From: a virus
Taxonomy: Duplodnaviria > Caudoviricetes
DNA length: 54,351 nt
IMG/VR virus record: IMGVR_UViG_3300035670_011527
Span: 1-54,351 of that record
Direction: 5' to 3' (one strand)
Position numbers and translations under genes: made by a program. Shown here piece by piece: positions 1-9,564 of the stretch; the first letter of the stretch is position 1; every line of letters begins with the position of its first letter. Under the pieces are notes generated by a model. It saw only the letters and a list, made by a program, of their open reading frames with translations, was not told where the DNA came from and did no database searches.

Positions 1-1
1 T

Positions 2-427
2 AGATTTATTATGTATATTGATGGTATTCCATCATATCTTATCAAATCTATTGCTAGACCAACTGTATCTTTTGGTGATATCACATTAGATCACATTAAT
101 GTGAAAAGAAAATTAAAAGGTAAAGCAGAATGGCAAGATGTAAATGCTACCTTATATGATCCTGTTTCTCCTTCTGGAGCACAAGCAGTAATGGAATGGG
201 TTCGTTTATCACACGAATCTGTAACAGGTAGAGATGGTTATTCTGATTTCTATAAAAAAGATGTTGTATTCAATATGTTAGGCCCAGTAGGCGATATTGT
301 TGAAGAATGGATTTTAAAAGGTGCTTATGTTAAATCAGCAGCATTTGGTGAAGCTGCTTGGGCTAACGAAGCTCCAATGGAAATTACATTAGGTATCCGT
401 TACGACTACGCTATTTTAAATTACTAA
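2..427 (+). CDS. Tail tube protein (T4 gp19-like), 5'-partial
   Basis: The frame is open back to the window edge (R-F-I-M-Y-I-D-G). Motifs 'W.DV..TLYDP..PSGAQAVMEW', 'LGPVGDIVEEW.LKGA' and 'ITLGIRYDYA' are typical of contractile tail tube proteins, and it lies upstream of chaperone and tape measure genes. Confidence 0.8.
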   Translation, partial: RFIMYIDGIPSYLIKSIARPTVSFGDITLDHINVKRKLKGKAEWQDVNATLYDPVSPSGAQAVMEWVRLSHESVTGRDGYSDFYKKDVVFNMLGPVGDIVEEWILKGAYVKSAAFGEAAWANEAPMEITLGIRYDYAILNY

Positions 428-449
428 TATTTACCTCCCCTGACCGATC

Positions 450-487
450 AAAAGCTCGTACATTAATTTGTATGAGCTTTTTTTCTT
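450..487 (+). terminator. Rho-independent terminator
   Basis: AAAAGCTCGTACA-ttaatt-TGTATGAGCTTTT hairpin followed by a T-run. Confidence 0.8.
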
Positions 488-516
488 TCTATATGTATAT
501 ATAAAAATATATTATT

Positions 517-1281
517 ATGAGTGAGATAACATTCCCAACAGAAATCATTGAGTTGCCGAGTAAAGGTTTATTATATCCAGAAGGTCATCCACTTTCATCT
601 GGTACTATAGAAATGAAATATATGACCGCTCGTGAAGAAGAAATTCTATCTAATCAAAACTTAATTCAAAAAGGTTTAGTATTAGATAAATTAATTGAAT
701 CATTAATTGTTACTAAATTTAATTATAAAGATTTATTAGTAGTTGATAAAAATGCATTATTATTTGCTGCTCGTGTATTAGCTTATGGAGCAGATTATCA
801 AATTAAAATGAATCACCCAGAAACTAATGAAGAAGAAATAGTAAATATTAATTTAGCTGGTGTTGATAACAAACCCTTACATTCAGTATATGAAAATTGC
901 GGTGGAGTTAATAATTTTGAATTTGATTTACCACATTCTAAAGTTAAAATTACATTTAGATTATTAACACATGGTGATGAACAAGAAATTGAACAAGAAA
1001 TTGCTACTTATAAAAAAATTAAAAAAGAATATAGTGAAGCTTTAATTCGTTTAGAAAGAATTATTACTAGTGTCAATGGAGACACCAATAAAGGTGTAAT
1101 AAGAAATTTTGTTACCAACCAATTTTTAGCCAGAGATGTAAGAGAATTTAGAAAATATATGAAAGAAATATCCCCAGACGTTGATACTAAAGTTGATGTA
1201 ACTTTTGAAGATGGATATGTGATGCAAGGTGTGGAGGTGCCTATTACTCTAAACTTTTTTTGGCCTGATTTTAACCTCTGA
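517..1281 (+). CDS. Baseplate hub assembly / tail assembly chaperone (T4 gp26-like)
   Basis: 'LPSKG..Y', 'MTAREEEIL' and C-terminal 'NFFWP'; sits between the tail tube and tape measure genes. Confidence 0.7.
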   Translation: MSEITFPTEIIELPSKGLLYPEGHPLSSGTIEMKYMTAREEEILSNQNLIQKGLVLDKLIESLIVTKFNYKDLLVVDKNALLFAARVLAYGADYQIKMNHPETNEEEIVNINLAGVDNKPLHSVYENCGGVNNFEFDLPHSKVKITFRLLTHGDEQEIEQEIATYKKIKKEYSEALIRLERIITSVNGDTNKGVIRNFVTNQFLARDVREFRKYMKEISPDVDTKVDVTFEDGYVMQGVEVPITLNFFWPDFNL

Positions 1282-1537
1282 ACAGGCTCTTCAGTACAGA
1301 CAAATATTGTTACAAGAAATCCATGATCTATGTTTTCATGGTAATGGTGGATTTACTTATAGTGAAGTATATTCTCTTCCAGTAATGAGAAGAAAATATC
1401 ACATAAAGAAAATAGTAGATCATTTTGAACAACAGAGAAAACAGTTAGAAAATCAAAATAATCAACAAATAGATAACAAAATATATTCTCCACCTAAACC
1501 TAAAGATAATGTATTTAACGTTAAGAAGGCGCAGTAG
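1253..1537 (+). CDS. Tail chaperone extension, probably expressed by frameshift from 517..1281
   Basis: The frame is open from 1253 (TFFGLILTSEQALQYRQ...), has no ATG near its start, and overlaps the T7 run at 1255-1261. Confidence 0.6.
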   Translation, partial: TFFGLILTSEQALQYRQILLQEIHDLCFHGNGGFTYSEVYSLPVMRRKYHIKKIVDHFEQQRKQLENQNNQQIDNKIYSPPKPKDNVFNVKKAQ

Positions 1538-1550
1538 GCGCCTTTTATTT
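1526..1550 (+). terminator. Rho-independent terminator
   Basis: AAGGCGC-agtag-GCGCCTT followed by TTATTT. Confidence 0.7.
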
Positions 1551-1580
1551 TCTCATATTTATTATAAAACATAACATTTT

Positions 1581-3716
1581 ATGGATATAAAAATAATTTC
1601 TGAAGGTGATCCAGAGTATGAAAATTTTAAAAAAACTACTCAAAAATCTGAAAAACCGAAAAAAAAGTCTCGTGAAACAGAGTTAGAAAAAGCAACCAAA
1701 GAAACAGAAAAAGCAATAAAATTAAACAATGAATTTAATGTTTCTCTTGATAATACAAAGGAATTATATTCTGAACTTAGTGAAAATATCACAGAATTAG
1801 CATTTAATAATCGAAATTTAGTAGAGTCTTATAAAAGATTAATAAGTGAAAGTGATAATATAGGAACAATTTCAGCAGGTATTATTAGAAAACTTGGTAC
1901 TTCACAAGTAAATGCTATAGAGGCCTCTAGAAATTTAATAACAAATTTTGAAACTGATTCTAAAAAATTAAATAAAGGTATAGATACTAATACTAGTCTT
2001 ATAAACGAATTTGAACGTGAAATAGAAGAATTACGTAAAACTAAAGGTAATGAAGTATTAGTAAAATCACTTCAAGAAGCGCAAAAAAATCTTATACAGA
2101 GTAATAAACAATTAGAAACTTTTAAAAAAATTACATCAGAAATAGAAAGTATTAAAATTTCCGAAAATTTTGACAAATTTGCTGATAGTATTCCTGTATT
2201 AGGACCTCTTATAAAAAAAAATATAACTACTCCTTTTAAAGAGGGAGTAAGCGAAGCTATTAAATCAGGTGCTACATCAACAGAAGCTCTTACAGCAGGA
2301 TTTCAAAATATTAAAAAAGTAGGATTAGCTGCTTTATTTACTTTACTTGTTGAAGAAACATTTAAAGTTAATGAACAAATCACAGATCTACAACGCAATT
2401 TTGGTTTAACTAATGGTCAAGCAATTGGATTAAGATCAGAACTATCTGAAGTAGCCGCTTTAAGTGGTGATATATTCATTACTTCAGAAAAACTATTAAA
2501 AAGTTTTACAGCATTATCTCAACAATTAGGATTTCAAGTAACTACTTCTGGAGATTTACTTGAAACATATACTAATCTTACTCAAAGATTAGGACTTAAT
2601 GAACAAGATGCAACTCAACTTACTGTATTATCCGCACTACAATCTAAAAATACAAAAGATGTATTAAATAATACTATTAAAACAATAAATAATTCACGTG
2701 ATTCCAATAAGTTATTCAATAATACTAAACAAATATTACAAGATATATCTAGTGTTAGTTCATCAACTATTGCTTCTTTAGGAAAATCACCAGAAATATT
2801 AGCAGAAGCTGCTACTAAAGCACGTGAATTAGGTTTAAACTTAAATCAAGTTGAAAAAATAGCTGATAGTTTGCTAAATTTTGAGTCATCTATTAATGCT
2901 GAACTAACAGCAGAACTGATAACAGGTAAACAGTTAAATCTTGAAAGAGCAAGATTTTTAGCCCTCAATAATGATATTGAAGGGGTAATGAAAGAAATCA
3001 ACAAACAAGGTATTAATTTTACTGAGTTTACTGAAATGAATCGTATTGCTCAAAAAGCATTGGCTGAAACTTTAGGAATGAGTCGTGAAGAAATGACAGA
3101 AATGTTATTTAAACAAGAAAAATTAGCATTAGCTCAAAGAGCATCTCGTGGAGAACTTGAAGGTCAATCATTAGCAACATTTAACGCTCTTTCAGCTCAA
3201 GAAAAATTTACTAATAGTGTATCAAAACTAAAAGATTTATTTTCCTCATTAGTTATAGCTTTTTCTCCAATTATAGATTTAATAGCACTTGCTGCAGAAG
3301 GAATTGCACTAATAGTTTCACCTCTTACATGGCTTTTTTCCCAAACAGGAAAAATGGTTGGACAATCAGTATCAGCAATTACTCCTACTCCTATACAAGA
3401 TGCCTATTTTGATTCTTCTCAACAAGGCCCAATGATATTTGATAAAGGTCAACTATATCAAGGAATACCTGGAGATAATATATTAGTAGGTACAAATATT
3501 CCTTCTCCTATTACACAAGTAAGTAATAATACTAACAACTTACAAATAAATAATAATGAGATTATAAATGAATTAAAAACCTTAAAGCAAGCTTTAGTTG
3601 AATCACGCAGTATACCAGTAGTTATTGAAAATAATATAGATGGAAGACAACTTAATAAAAATACAATGAATGGTGCACGTAAAGGTTACTTAACAACACC
3701 TTCTGTATACACTTAA
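1581..3716 (+). CDS. Tape measure-like protein
   Basis: 711 aa, helical, rich in Ala/Leu/Glu/Gln, with 'LLNFESSINAEL.AEL.TGK.LNLERAR'; follows the chaperone pair. Confidence 0.75.
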   Translation: MDIKIISEGDPEYENFKKTTQKSEKPKKKSRETELEKATKETEKAIKLNNEFNVSLDNTKELYSELSENITELAFNNRNLVESYKRLISESDNIGTISAGIIRKLGTSQVNAIEASRNLITNFETDSKKLNKGIDTNTSLINEFEREIEELRKTKGNEVLVKSLQEAQKNLIQSNKQLETFKKITSEIESIKISENFDKFADSIPVLGPLIKKNITTPFKEGVSEAIKSGATSTEALTAGFQNIKKVGLAALFTLLVEETFKVNEQITDLQRNFGLTNGQAIGLRSELSEVAALSGDIFITSEKLLKSFTALSQQLGFQVTTSGDLLETYTNLTQRLGLNEQDATQLTVLSALQSKNTKDVLNNTIKTINNSRDSNKLFNNTKQILQDISSVSSSTIASLGKSPEILAEAATKARELGLNLNQVEKIADSLLNFESSINAELTAELITGKQLNLERARFLALNNDIEGVMKEINKQGINFTEFTEMNRIAQKALAETLGMSREEMTEMLFKQEKLALAQRASRGELEGQSLATFNALSAQEKFTNSVSKLKDLFSSLVIAFSPIIDLIALAAEGIALIVSPLTWLFSQTGKMVGQSVSAITPTPIQDAYFDSSQQGPMIFDKGQLYQGIPGDNILVGTNIPSPITQVSNNTNNLQINNNEIINELKTLKQALVESRSIPVVIENNIDGRQLNKNTMNGARKGYLTTPSVYT

Positions 3717-3749
3717 TATTTATAACCACAACCCTTAATTTTTAAAAAC

Positions 3750-3971
3750 ATGTCTTTACTTAGAAAAGATTCAAAATTTGATTTAGATAAACAAAAAGGT
3801 CCTCAATTTGAAAGATTAGAAAGAAATTCTTTCCTTTCTAGTCTATTTGAATCTGGAAAAAAATATTTTTCTAGTATTCATAAACTTTCATATGGTCCTC
3901 AAGGAAGAGGTCCAGAAACAAAACGTGGTCCTATTAATCCTAAAAAATACGTAGATAATTTACCTAGATAA
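3750..3971 (+). CDS. Hypothetical protein (tail module)
   Basis: 73-aa ORF translationally coupled to the next gene. Confidence 0.55.
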   Translation: MSLLRKDSKFDLDKQKGPQFERLERNSFLSSLFESGKKYFSSIHKLSYGPQGRGPETKRGPINPKKYVDNLPR

Positions 3972-5728
3972 TGGGTTTATTTACTAAATATAAAGAAAAT
4001 CAAGAAAAGTTTGTTTCTGGTTCGGTGGTATCTCAACTACCCCCGAATAGAAAAAATACTCTATTTAATGGAGCCACAATTGATGGTTCTTTATTAAAAG
4101 AAGAACAAATTACTCAAACTACTTCAACACAGGATGTTACATTAGGTAGAGTAGAATCAAGTTTATTTAAAAAACGCCAAGAATTAGATGAACAAAGAAT
4201 AGAAAATTTTCTTAAAACTCCAGGTGGTCAAACACACAAAACAAAAGAAATAAGATTAGCTAGAACTAATCCTGTTTTTTCACCTGAATTAGGATCAATA
4301 GGACAAAATCCAACTAAAAATATAATACCTAATAAAGTAGCTATTAATGCTGGATTATCTGGTGGAGGAGTATTTGAAGATAAATTTGGTTTAATATCCA
4401 ATATTACTAATGATGGATATGTAAAATATCGTAATAATCCTGATAAATCTAAATTAGCTTATTTAGCTAAAAAATATGGTTATGATAAAGGAATTAAAAC
4501 AAACGATAGTGGATTTCTTTCTGGATTTAGTGGTAGATTATCCAATTTTGCTTCTGGAGTTAATAATTTTTCTAATCAAATATTAGGTGCATTTGGGTAT
4601 AGAACACCTCCAAAAGAAGAATTATATTCCTATTCAGGTGGCCCTGGATCAGATAATGGTATTGGTATAACTACAATTTATAAATATGATCCTATAGTAT
4701 TTGATACAAATAATATTAATTTTAAAAATCTAAAAAATAGTTTTATTATACGTGATGATCCAGAAAGAAAAAAAGAAGAACGTAATATTGAAAATAATAA
4801 ATTTTGGGATAATAATTTAAGTATTGAAATTGGAAATAGAAGATTTATTGAAGGAATAGGAAATCGTCCGAGTATGTTCTTGGATAATGGACTTTTAAGT
4901 TATAGCCAAGAATTTATAAGTCAATTTACAACCTTTTATGGAAATAATGTTTTACCTAGTTCTGATCCTTTAAGATTTACCACCTCTGGTTCAGTTAAAA
5001 CAACAGAATATAACAATGGAAAATTATCACCCTATATATCAGATTATTACTCAACTAAACCTATAAATGATACAAAAAGAATAGGGAGCTCAAGTTATTC
5101 ATCAACAGGTGGTATAATTAATCCAAATTTTTATTATAATAGTAGTTCTCTTTCAGAAAATAATGTTACTAATATTGAACAAAATTCGAAAAATGATATT
5201 ATTCCTTTTAGAATAGAAATAATAGATCTAGAACTTCCTGAGCAATCATATTATCTTTATTTTAAAGCTTTTATAGATAATTTTTCTGATGATTTTAGAG
5301 CAAATTATGAATCTATAGTTTCTCCTGGAAACCCAACAGGAAAAATGTTTAAATATCAATCATTTGATAGAACCTTATCTCTTAATTTTAAAATAGCTAT
5401 TTTTAGAGAAGAAGAAGCAGAAAATATATATAAAAAATTAAATCGATTAGCTTCAACTACTTTACCAACTAATACTAATGGTGGTATTCGCAGTACCATT
5501 ACAAAACTTACAGTAGGAAACTGGTGTAAAAGATTACCTGGAGTAATAAATAGTATAAATTTTACAAATCTAGTTAGTAATCCGTGGGATATAGATAATA
5601 AAAGACCAATGGTAATAGATGTTTCTATGGGTTATCAATATTCTTCAATATATGATGATGATAATTCTATATTATATTCATCCCCTGATATTGAATATAA
5701 ATTATTAGGAAACCCAAATGCAGCGTAA
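3971..5728 (+). CDS. Putative baseplate / tail tube initiator protein
   Basis: C-terminal 'IPFRIE...FKAFIDNFSDDF.ANY...YQSFDRTLSLNFKI' resembles the tube-initiator fold; lies after the tape measure gene. Confidence 0.5.
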   Translation: MGLFTKYKENQEKFVSGSVVSQLPPNRKNTLFNGATIDGSLLKEEQITQTTSTQDVTLGRVESSLFKKRQELDEQRIENFLKTPGGQTHKTKEIRLARTNPVFSPELGSIGQNPTKNIIPNKVAINAGLSGGGVFEDKFGLISNITNDGYVKYRNNPDKSKLAYLAKKYGYDKGIKTNDSGFLSGFSGRLSNFASGVNNFSNQILGAFGYRTPPKEELYSYSGGPGSDNGIGITTIYKYDPIVFDTNNINFKNLKNSFIIRDDPERKKEERNIENNKFWDNNLSIEIGNRRFIEGIGNRPSMFLDNGLLSYSQEFISQFTTFYGNNVLPSSDPLRFTTSGSVKTTEYNNGKLSPYISDYYSTKPINDTKRIGSSSYSSTGGIINPNFYYNSSSLSENNVTNIEQNSKNDIIPFRIEIIDLELPEQSYYLYFKAFIDNFSDDFRANYESIVSPGNPTGKMFKYQSFDRTLSLNFKIAIFREEEAENIYKKLNRLASTTLPTNTNGGIRSTITKLTVGNWCKRLPGVINSINFTNLVSNPWDIDNKRPMVIDVSMGYQYSSIYDDDNSILYSSPDIEYKLLGNPNAA

Positions 5729-6017
5729 TAGAACTATATTAAAAGATGAAAATAACAAACGTTATTATAAAAACGTTTTATATCCGGAAATTCCTCTAAG
5801 TGTGAATGATATTTATGTTTTAACATCTATAAGTGATAGAATAGATAAATTAGCTTATACTTATTATAAAGATGAAACATTGTGGTGGATAATAGCAGAA
5901 GCTAATGTTGATATTATAAAAAGAGATAGTCTTTATACTGGAGCGGGTAAACAAATTAGAATCCCAACCAATATATCTCAAATTTTACAGGATTTTAACA
6001 GTTTAAATAATTTTTAA
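5718..6017 (+). CDS. Baseplate wedge LysM-like protein (T4 gp53 / P2 gpX-like)
   Basis: 'DRIDKLAYTYYKDETLWWIIAEAN...G.QIRIP' signature. Confidence 0.8.
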   Translation: MQRNRTILKDENNKRYYKNVLYPEIPLSVNDIYVLTSISDRIDKLAYTYYKDETLWWIIAEANVDIIKRDSLYTGAGKQIRIPTNISQILQDFNSLNNF

Positions 6018-8975
6018 ATGAGTACCATTTTTGAACCTATAAATGGAGATATAACTAGACAACTTGATCTTCGTCAAAAGGTAATGTCTAATGAAATTAG
6101 AAATCCAAATGTTCGTAGTGTTTTTTTAAACAAAAAATGTACTATTAGATTAGTTCCTTTAGTAAAAGATCTAACAACTATTGAAAATATAAATATTCTA
6201 GATTCAGATGATTTTATATTTGATAATTATACTTTAACTGATAATTTTTTTGATAACATTATCAATAGTGATTTAATTAATAATAGTGAATTTAGTGTTT
6301 ATACTTCTTATAAAAATAATTTTAATAATACAAAAGAAAAACCATTTGTAAAAGATTTTAATATTATTACTAGAAGTGGAAATAATTATGGTGCTACTCG
6401 TATTGGATCTATAACTATAATAATTCCTACTCGAGATCAATTTAATTTAATAGAACGTTTTTTTAGAATAGGTAGTCCATTTTTATTAGAATGGGGATGG
6501 TCCAAATATATTTTAGATGATACTTCTTCTGAATTTTTATCTTTTATAGATGACACATTATATAAACAAAAACCAGAAATAAAACAAATTGATTTAGAGA
6601 ATGCTATAATTCGAAAAAAGATAGATAATAAAGGAAATTATGATGGAGGGGTGTTTGTAATAAATAATTTTACAACAACTATACAAAACGGTAGTACTGA
6701 TTATTATTATGAATTAAAATTAGATTTAATAACAAAAGGAGATATATTAAACAGCATAAAACCATCTAAAAACGTTTCTGTTTCTTCTACTTCAACTGAT
6801 TATGCTACAACTTATAGAATAAACAGTAATCCTTTAATTCGTGCTTTAAGATTTTTAAATCAGTATCAATCAGGATATAAAGAAGAATTAAAAAACAAAG
6901 AAATATCTTTAGAAATAACAATAGCTGAAAATATAGAAGGAGAATTAACCCCAGAAATAGAAACAATAGAATTAAATAACATATTATCAATTCTACACGA
7001 ATCTACTCCTGTAAATAATTCAGTTGAATTATCTTTAAATCCTTTTAGTAATATTATTCAAGAAATAGATAGTAATTTTTTACCAATTAAAAAAACAGTA
7101 ACAAGAGAAAATCAAGTTCGTCTCCCTACCCCAGGATTATCTCCTGGTTCTTTTCAATCGTCAACTACTAGTAATAAAGAAATTACTTATATTAAATTAG
7201 GTTATTTTTTGCAAATGTTGAATCGTTTAAAAACAAAAACAGATCCAGGTTATGTTGATTTAGGATATGAATATTCTAATCCAGAATATTATTATACTTT
7301 ACAGGGCGATATTCCGAATAGTTTTAAATATGAGTGGAATTCTGATATTCATTTTGGAAGTTTTAATCCATCTAAAGTTATTTTACCTAACTATAAATGG
7401 ACTGAATTTTTAAGTAAATATGTAGCAGATTTAGATTTTTTTATTTCTTATCAAAAAAGATTTATCATTAGTAATATATTATTAAGAACAAATGTTTTAT
7501 TAGATGAAGTAATAAATTTAATAAAACAAGATGAGTTTACATTTAATAATATTATAAAAATGATATTAGATTTAATAAATACTAATACTGATAATGAATT
7601 AAGATTAACAAAATATGATCTTGAAAATGGAAGTTATACTATTGCTTCTTTAACAAATTCTAATCCAATTATAAATAATCCTTTTTCTTTAAAATTATAT
7701 AATACGGGGTCTATAGTAGAATCAGTTACAATAGATACAACAATAAATGATTCTGTTGCCAAAGAAGTTGCCATAATGTTTAATGGTTCTCCAGATTATG
7801 CTGTTTCGGCTGAAGCTGTTAGTTTATTAAAATTTAATCATGGAACTAAATCACGACTTGTTGAAAATAACAACACAAATATTGAAGATAATCAAAATTC
7901 ATCTATAGGATATTTAAATTTTATAGAAGAAAATCTTTTTAATCTCCATAAGAATATATTTTCTTTAACAGAAAATCCTAATATAGATACAATATCTACA
8001 GATTTATTAAACTATTACCAAAATTTTAAACAAAAATATATTTCCGGAATATCTTTATATGGCAATTATAAAAATATAAGAGCAGTTCCTTTGTTTCCTA
8101 TAAAAATCAAAATAACCTTACCTGGAGTTTCAGGAATAAAAATAGGTAACAGCTTAAAAATAGAGGATAGTAGATTACCAGCAATATACACAGATAATAA
8201 AATATATTATTTAATCACTAATATTGAACATCAAATCCTAAACAGATATTGGAATACATTATTGGATTTATCTCCACAGATTAATACAGATATAACTCAA
8301 TTATCAATATCTTCTACATCAACAGATATTAATCAACCTTTAAATGTTAATGATATTGGTTGGGATTTAGATACTTTTCTCAAAGCCCTTATACAGGTTG
8401 AAACGGGTATATATGAATTTGAATCAATTGTTCTTAATCGTCCTGGTATTATAGATAGATGGAGAAGAAAAGGTACAGAAACATGGAATAATAGTCCTTT
8501 ATTTAGTCAAGCATCACAAGCAATATCTGCTATTCGTGCAAGAGGACCATACCAAATTAAACCTGCTTATGTTTTTGATGCTTTAGGAAACCAACCTAAT
8601 ATTTCTAATATTGAAAAGAAAGGTGAAATTTGGCAATGGGACAAAGTAAATGAGTTAGTTAATATAGATACTATTTTCTATCAAAAACAAGCTGTTGAAA
8701 GATATCTTAATAGATATTTTCCTAAAGAAATTAATAAAAAAACATATAAAAGAGCATCAGCTATACACCATTTAGGACCAATAGGTGGAAACGATTACAA
8801 TGAAGTAAAAAGAAAAATATCGGAAGGTTTAAAAACAAATAATAAAAAATGGTCAAATATTAGAAATAATTTTATTTATTTTGAAAACACATACTGGCCA
8901 AAAATGAAAGAATATTTAGGAATAGATCCAAATTCACTTATAGATGCCGGTCAACCAAATAATTTTAACTTTTAA
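6018..8975 (+). CDS. Baseplate hub-like protein with C-terminal lysozyme-fold domain
   Basis: 'G.PFLLEWGWS', 'GNYDG', 'ITLPGVSGIKIGN' and 'IEHQI...W.T' are hub-like. The C-terminus has 'FLKALIQVE...GPYQIKPAYVFDA', a muramidase-like motif. Confidence 0.6.
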   Translation: MSTIFEPINGDITRQLDLRQKVMSNEIRNPNVRSVFLNKKCTIRLVPLVKDLTTIENINILDSDDFIFDNYTLTDNFFDNIINSDLINNSEFSVYTSYKNNFNNTKEKPFVKDFNIITRSGNNYGATRIGSITIIIPTRDQFNLIERFFRIGSPFLLEWGWSKYILDDTSSEFLSFIDDTLYKQKPEIKQIDLENAIIRKKIDNKGNYDGGVFVINNFTTTIQNGSTDYYYELKLDLITKGDILNSIKPSKNVSVSSTSTDYATTYRINSNPLIRALRFLNQYQSGYKEELKNKEISLEITIAENIEGELTPEIETIELNNILSILHESTPVNNSVELSLNPFSNIIQEIDSNFLPIKKTVTRENQVRLPTPGLSPGSFQSSTTSNKEITYIKLGYFLQMLNRLKTKTDPGYVDLGYEYSNPEYYYTLQGDIPNSFKYEWNSDIHFGSFNPSKVILPNYKWTEFLSKYVADLDFFISYQKRFIISNILLRTNVLLDEVINLIKQDEFTFNNIIKMILDLINTNTDNELRLTKYDLENGSYTIASLTNSNPIINNPFSLKLYNTGSIVESVTIDTTINDSVAKEVAIMFNGSPDYAVSAEAVSLLKFNHGTKSRLVENNNTNIEDNQNSSIGYLNFIEENLFNLHKNIFSLTENPNIDTISTDLLNYYQNFKQKYISGISLYGNYKNIRAVPLFPIKIKITLPGVSGIKIGNSLKIEDSRLPAIYTDNKIYYLITNIEHQILNRYWNTLLDLSPQINTDITQLSISSTSTDINQPLNVNDIGWDLDTFLKALIQVETGIYEFESIVLNRPGIIDRWRRKGTETWNNSPLFSQASQAISAIRARGPYQIKPAYVFDALGNQPNISNIEKKGEIWQWDKVNELVNIDTIFYQKQAVERYLNRYFPKEINKKTYKRASAIHHLGPIGGNDYNEVKRKISEGLKTNNKKWSNIRNNFIYFENTYWPKMKEYLGIDPNSLIDAGQPNNFNF

Positions 8976-8980
8976 TTAAA

Positions 8981-9526
8981 ATGTATATTCCTTCTTCATT
9001 TATCGAAAAAAAATATACTAATGGAGATGAATTTATTTTTTCTACAAATAGAAAAAAGTATATTGGTCCGTATGTCATAATAAATGGAAATAAATTTTAT
9101 AGTGGAGAAATATATAATAATTCTTCGATAGAATTAATTCCTGTTCCTAAACCAGAAGAAATCCCCTCTATTATCAAATACGATGTACTTTCTGATTTTA
9201 AAGTTTTTGATTTAAAATCATTTTCTCCAATAAACTTTTCATACAATCCTCCTACTGAACAAGATTATCAAAAAGGATCATATAAAAGATATTTTGTAAA
9301 AAATCGATCAATTAAAGCAGGAGGAATAACAGAAGTAGATTATGAAACCTTTAAAGATTTGGTTGATCAGGGTGGAAAACATGATTATAATATTTATGAA
9401 CCATTTTTTATTAATTGGAATTTGACTCAAACACAAAGAAATATTGATCAATTAAATTTATTAAGTAGAAGATACTTAGGATTAAAATCTTATTTAAAAA
9501 ACCCATCTCAATTTGTAAGACAGTAA
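8981..9526 (+). CDS. Hypothetical virion-associated protein
   Basis: 181-aa ORF closing the tail operon ('YTNGDEF', 'PTEQDYQKG.YKRYF'). Confidence 0.55.
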   Translation: MYIPSSFIEKKYTNGDEFIFSTNRKKYIGPYVIINGNKFYSGEIYNNSSIELIPVPKPEEIPSIIKYDVLSDFKVFDLKSFSPINFSYNPPTEQDYQKGSYKRYFVKNRSIKAGGITEVDYETFKDLVDQGGKHDYNIYEPFFINWNLTQTQRNIDQLNLLSRRYLGLKSYLKNPSQFVRQ

Positions 9527-9543
9527 AAAAAGTTGTATATTTA
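9512..9543 (+). promoter_or_regulatory. Bacteroidota-type sigma70 promoter (-33/-7)
   Basis: TTTG-N20-TATATTTA upstream of the PolA-like gene. Confidence 0.6.
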
Positions 9544-9564
9544 ATTAGTTATAAGAATTAATAA

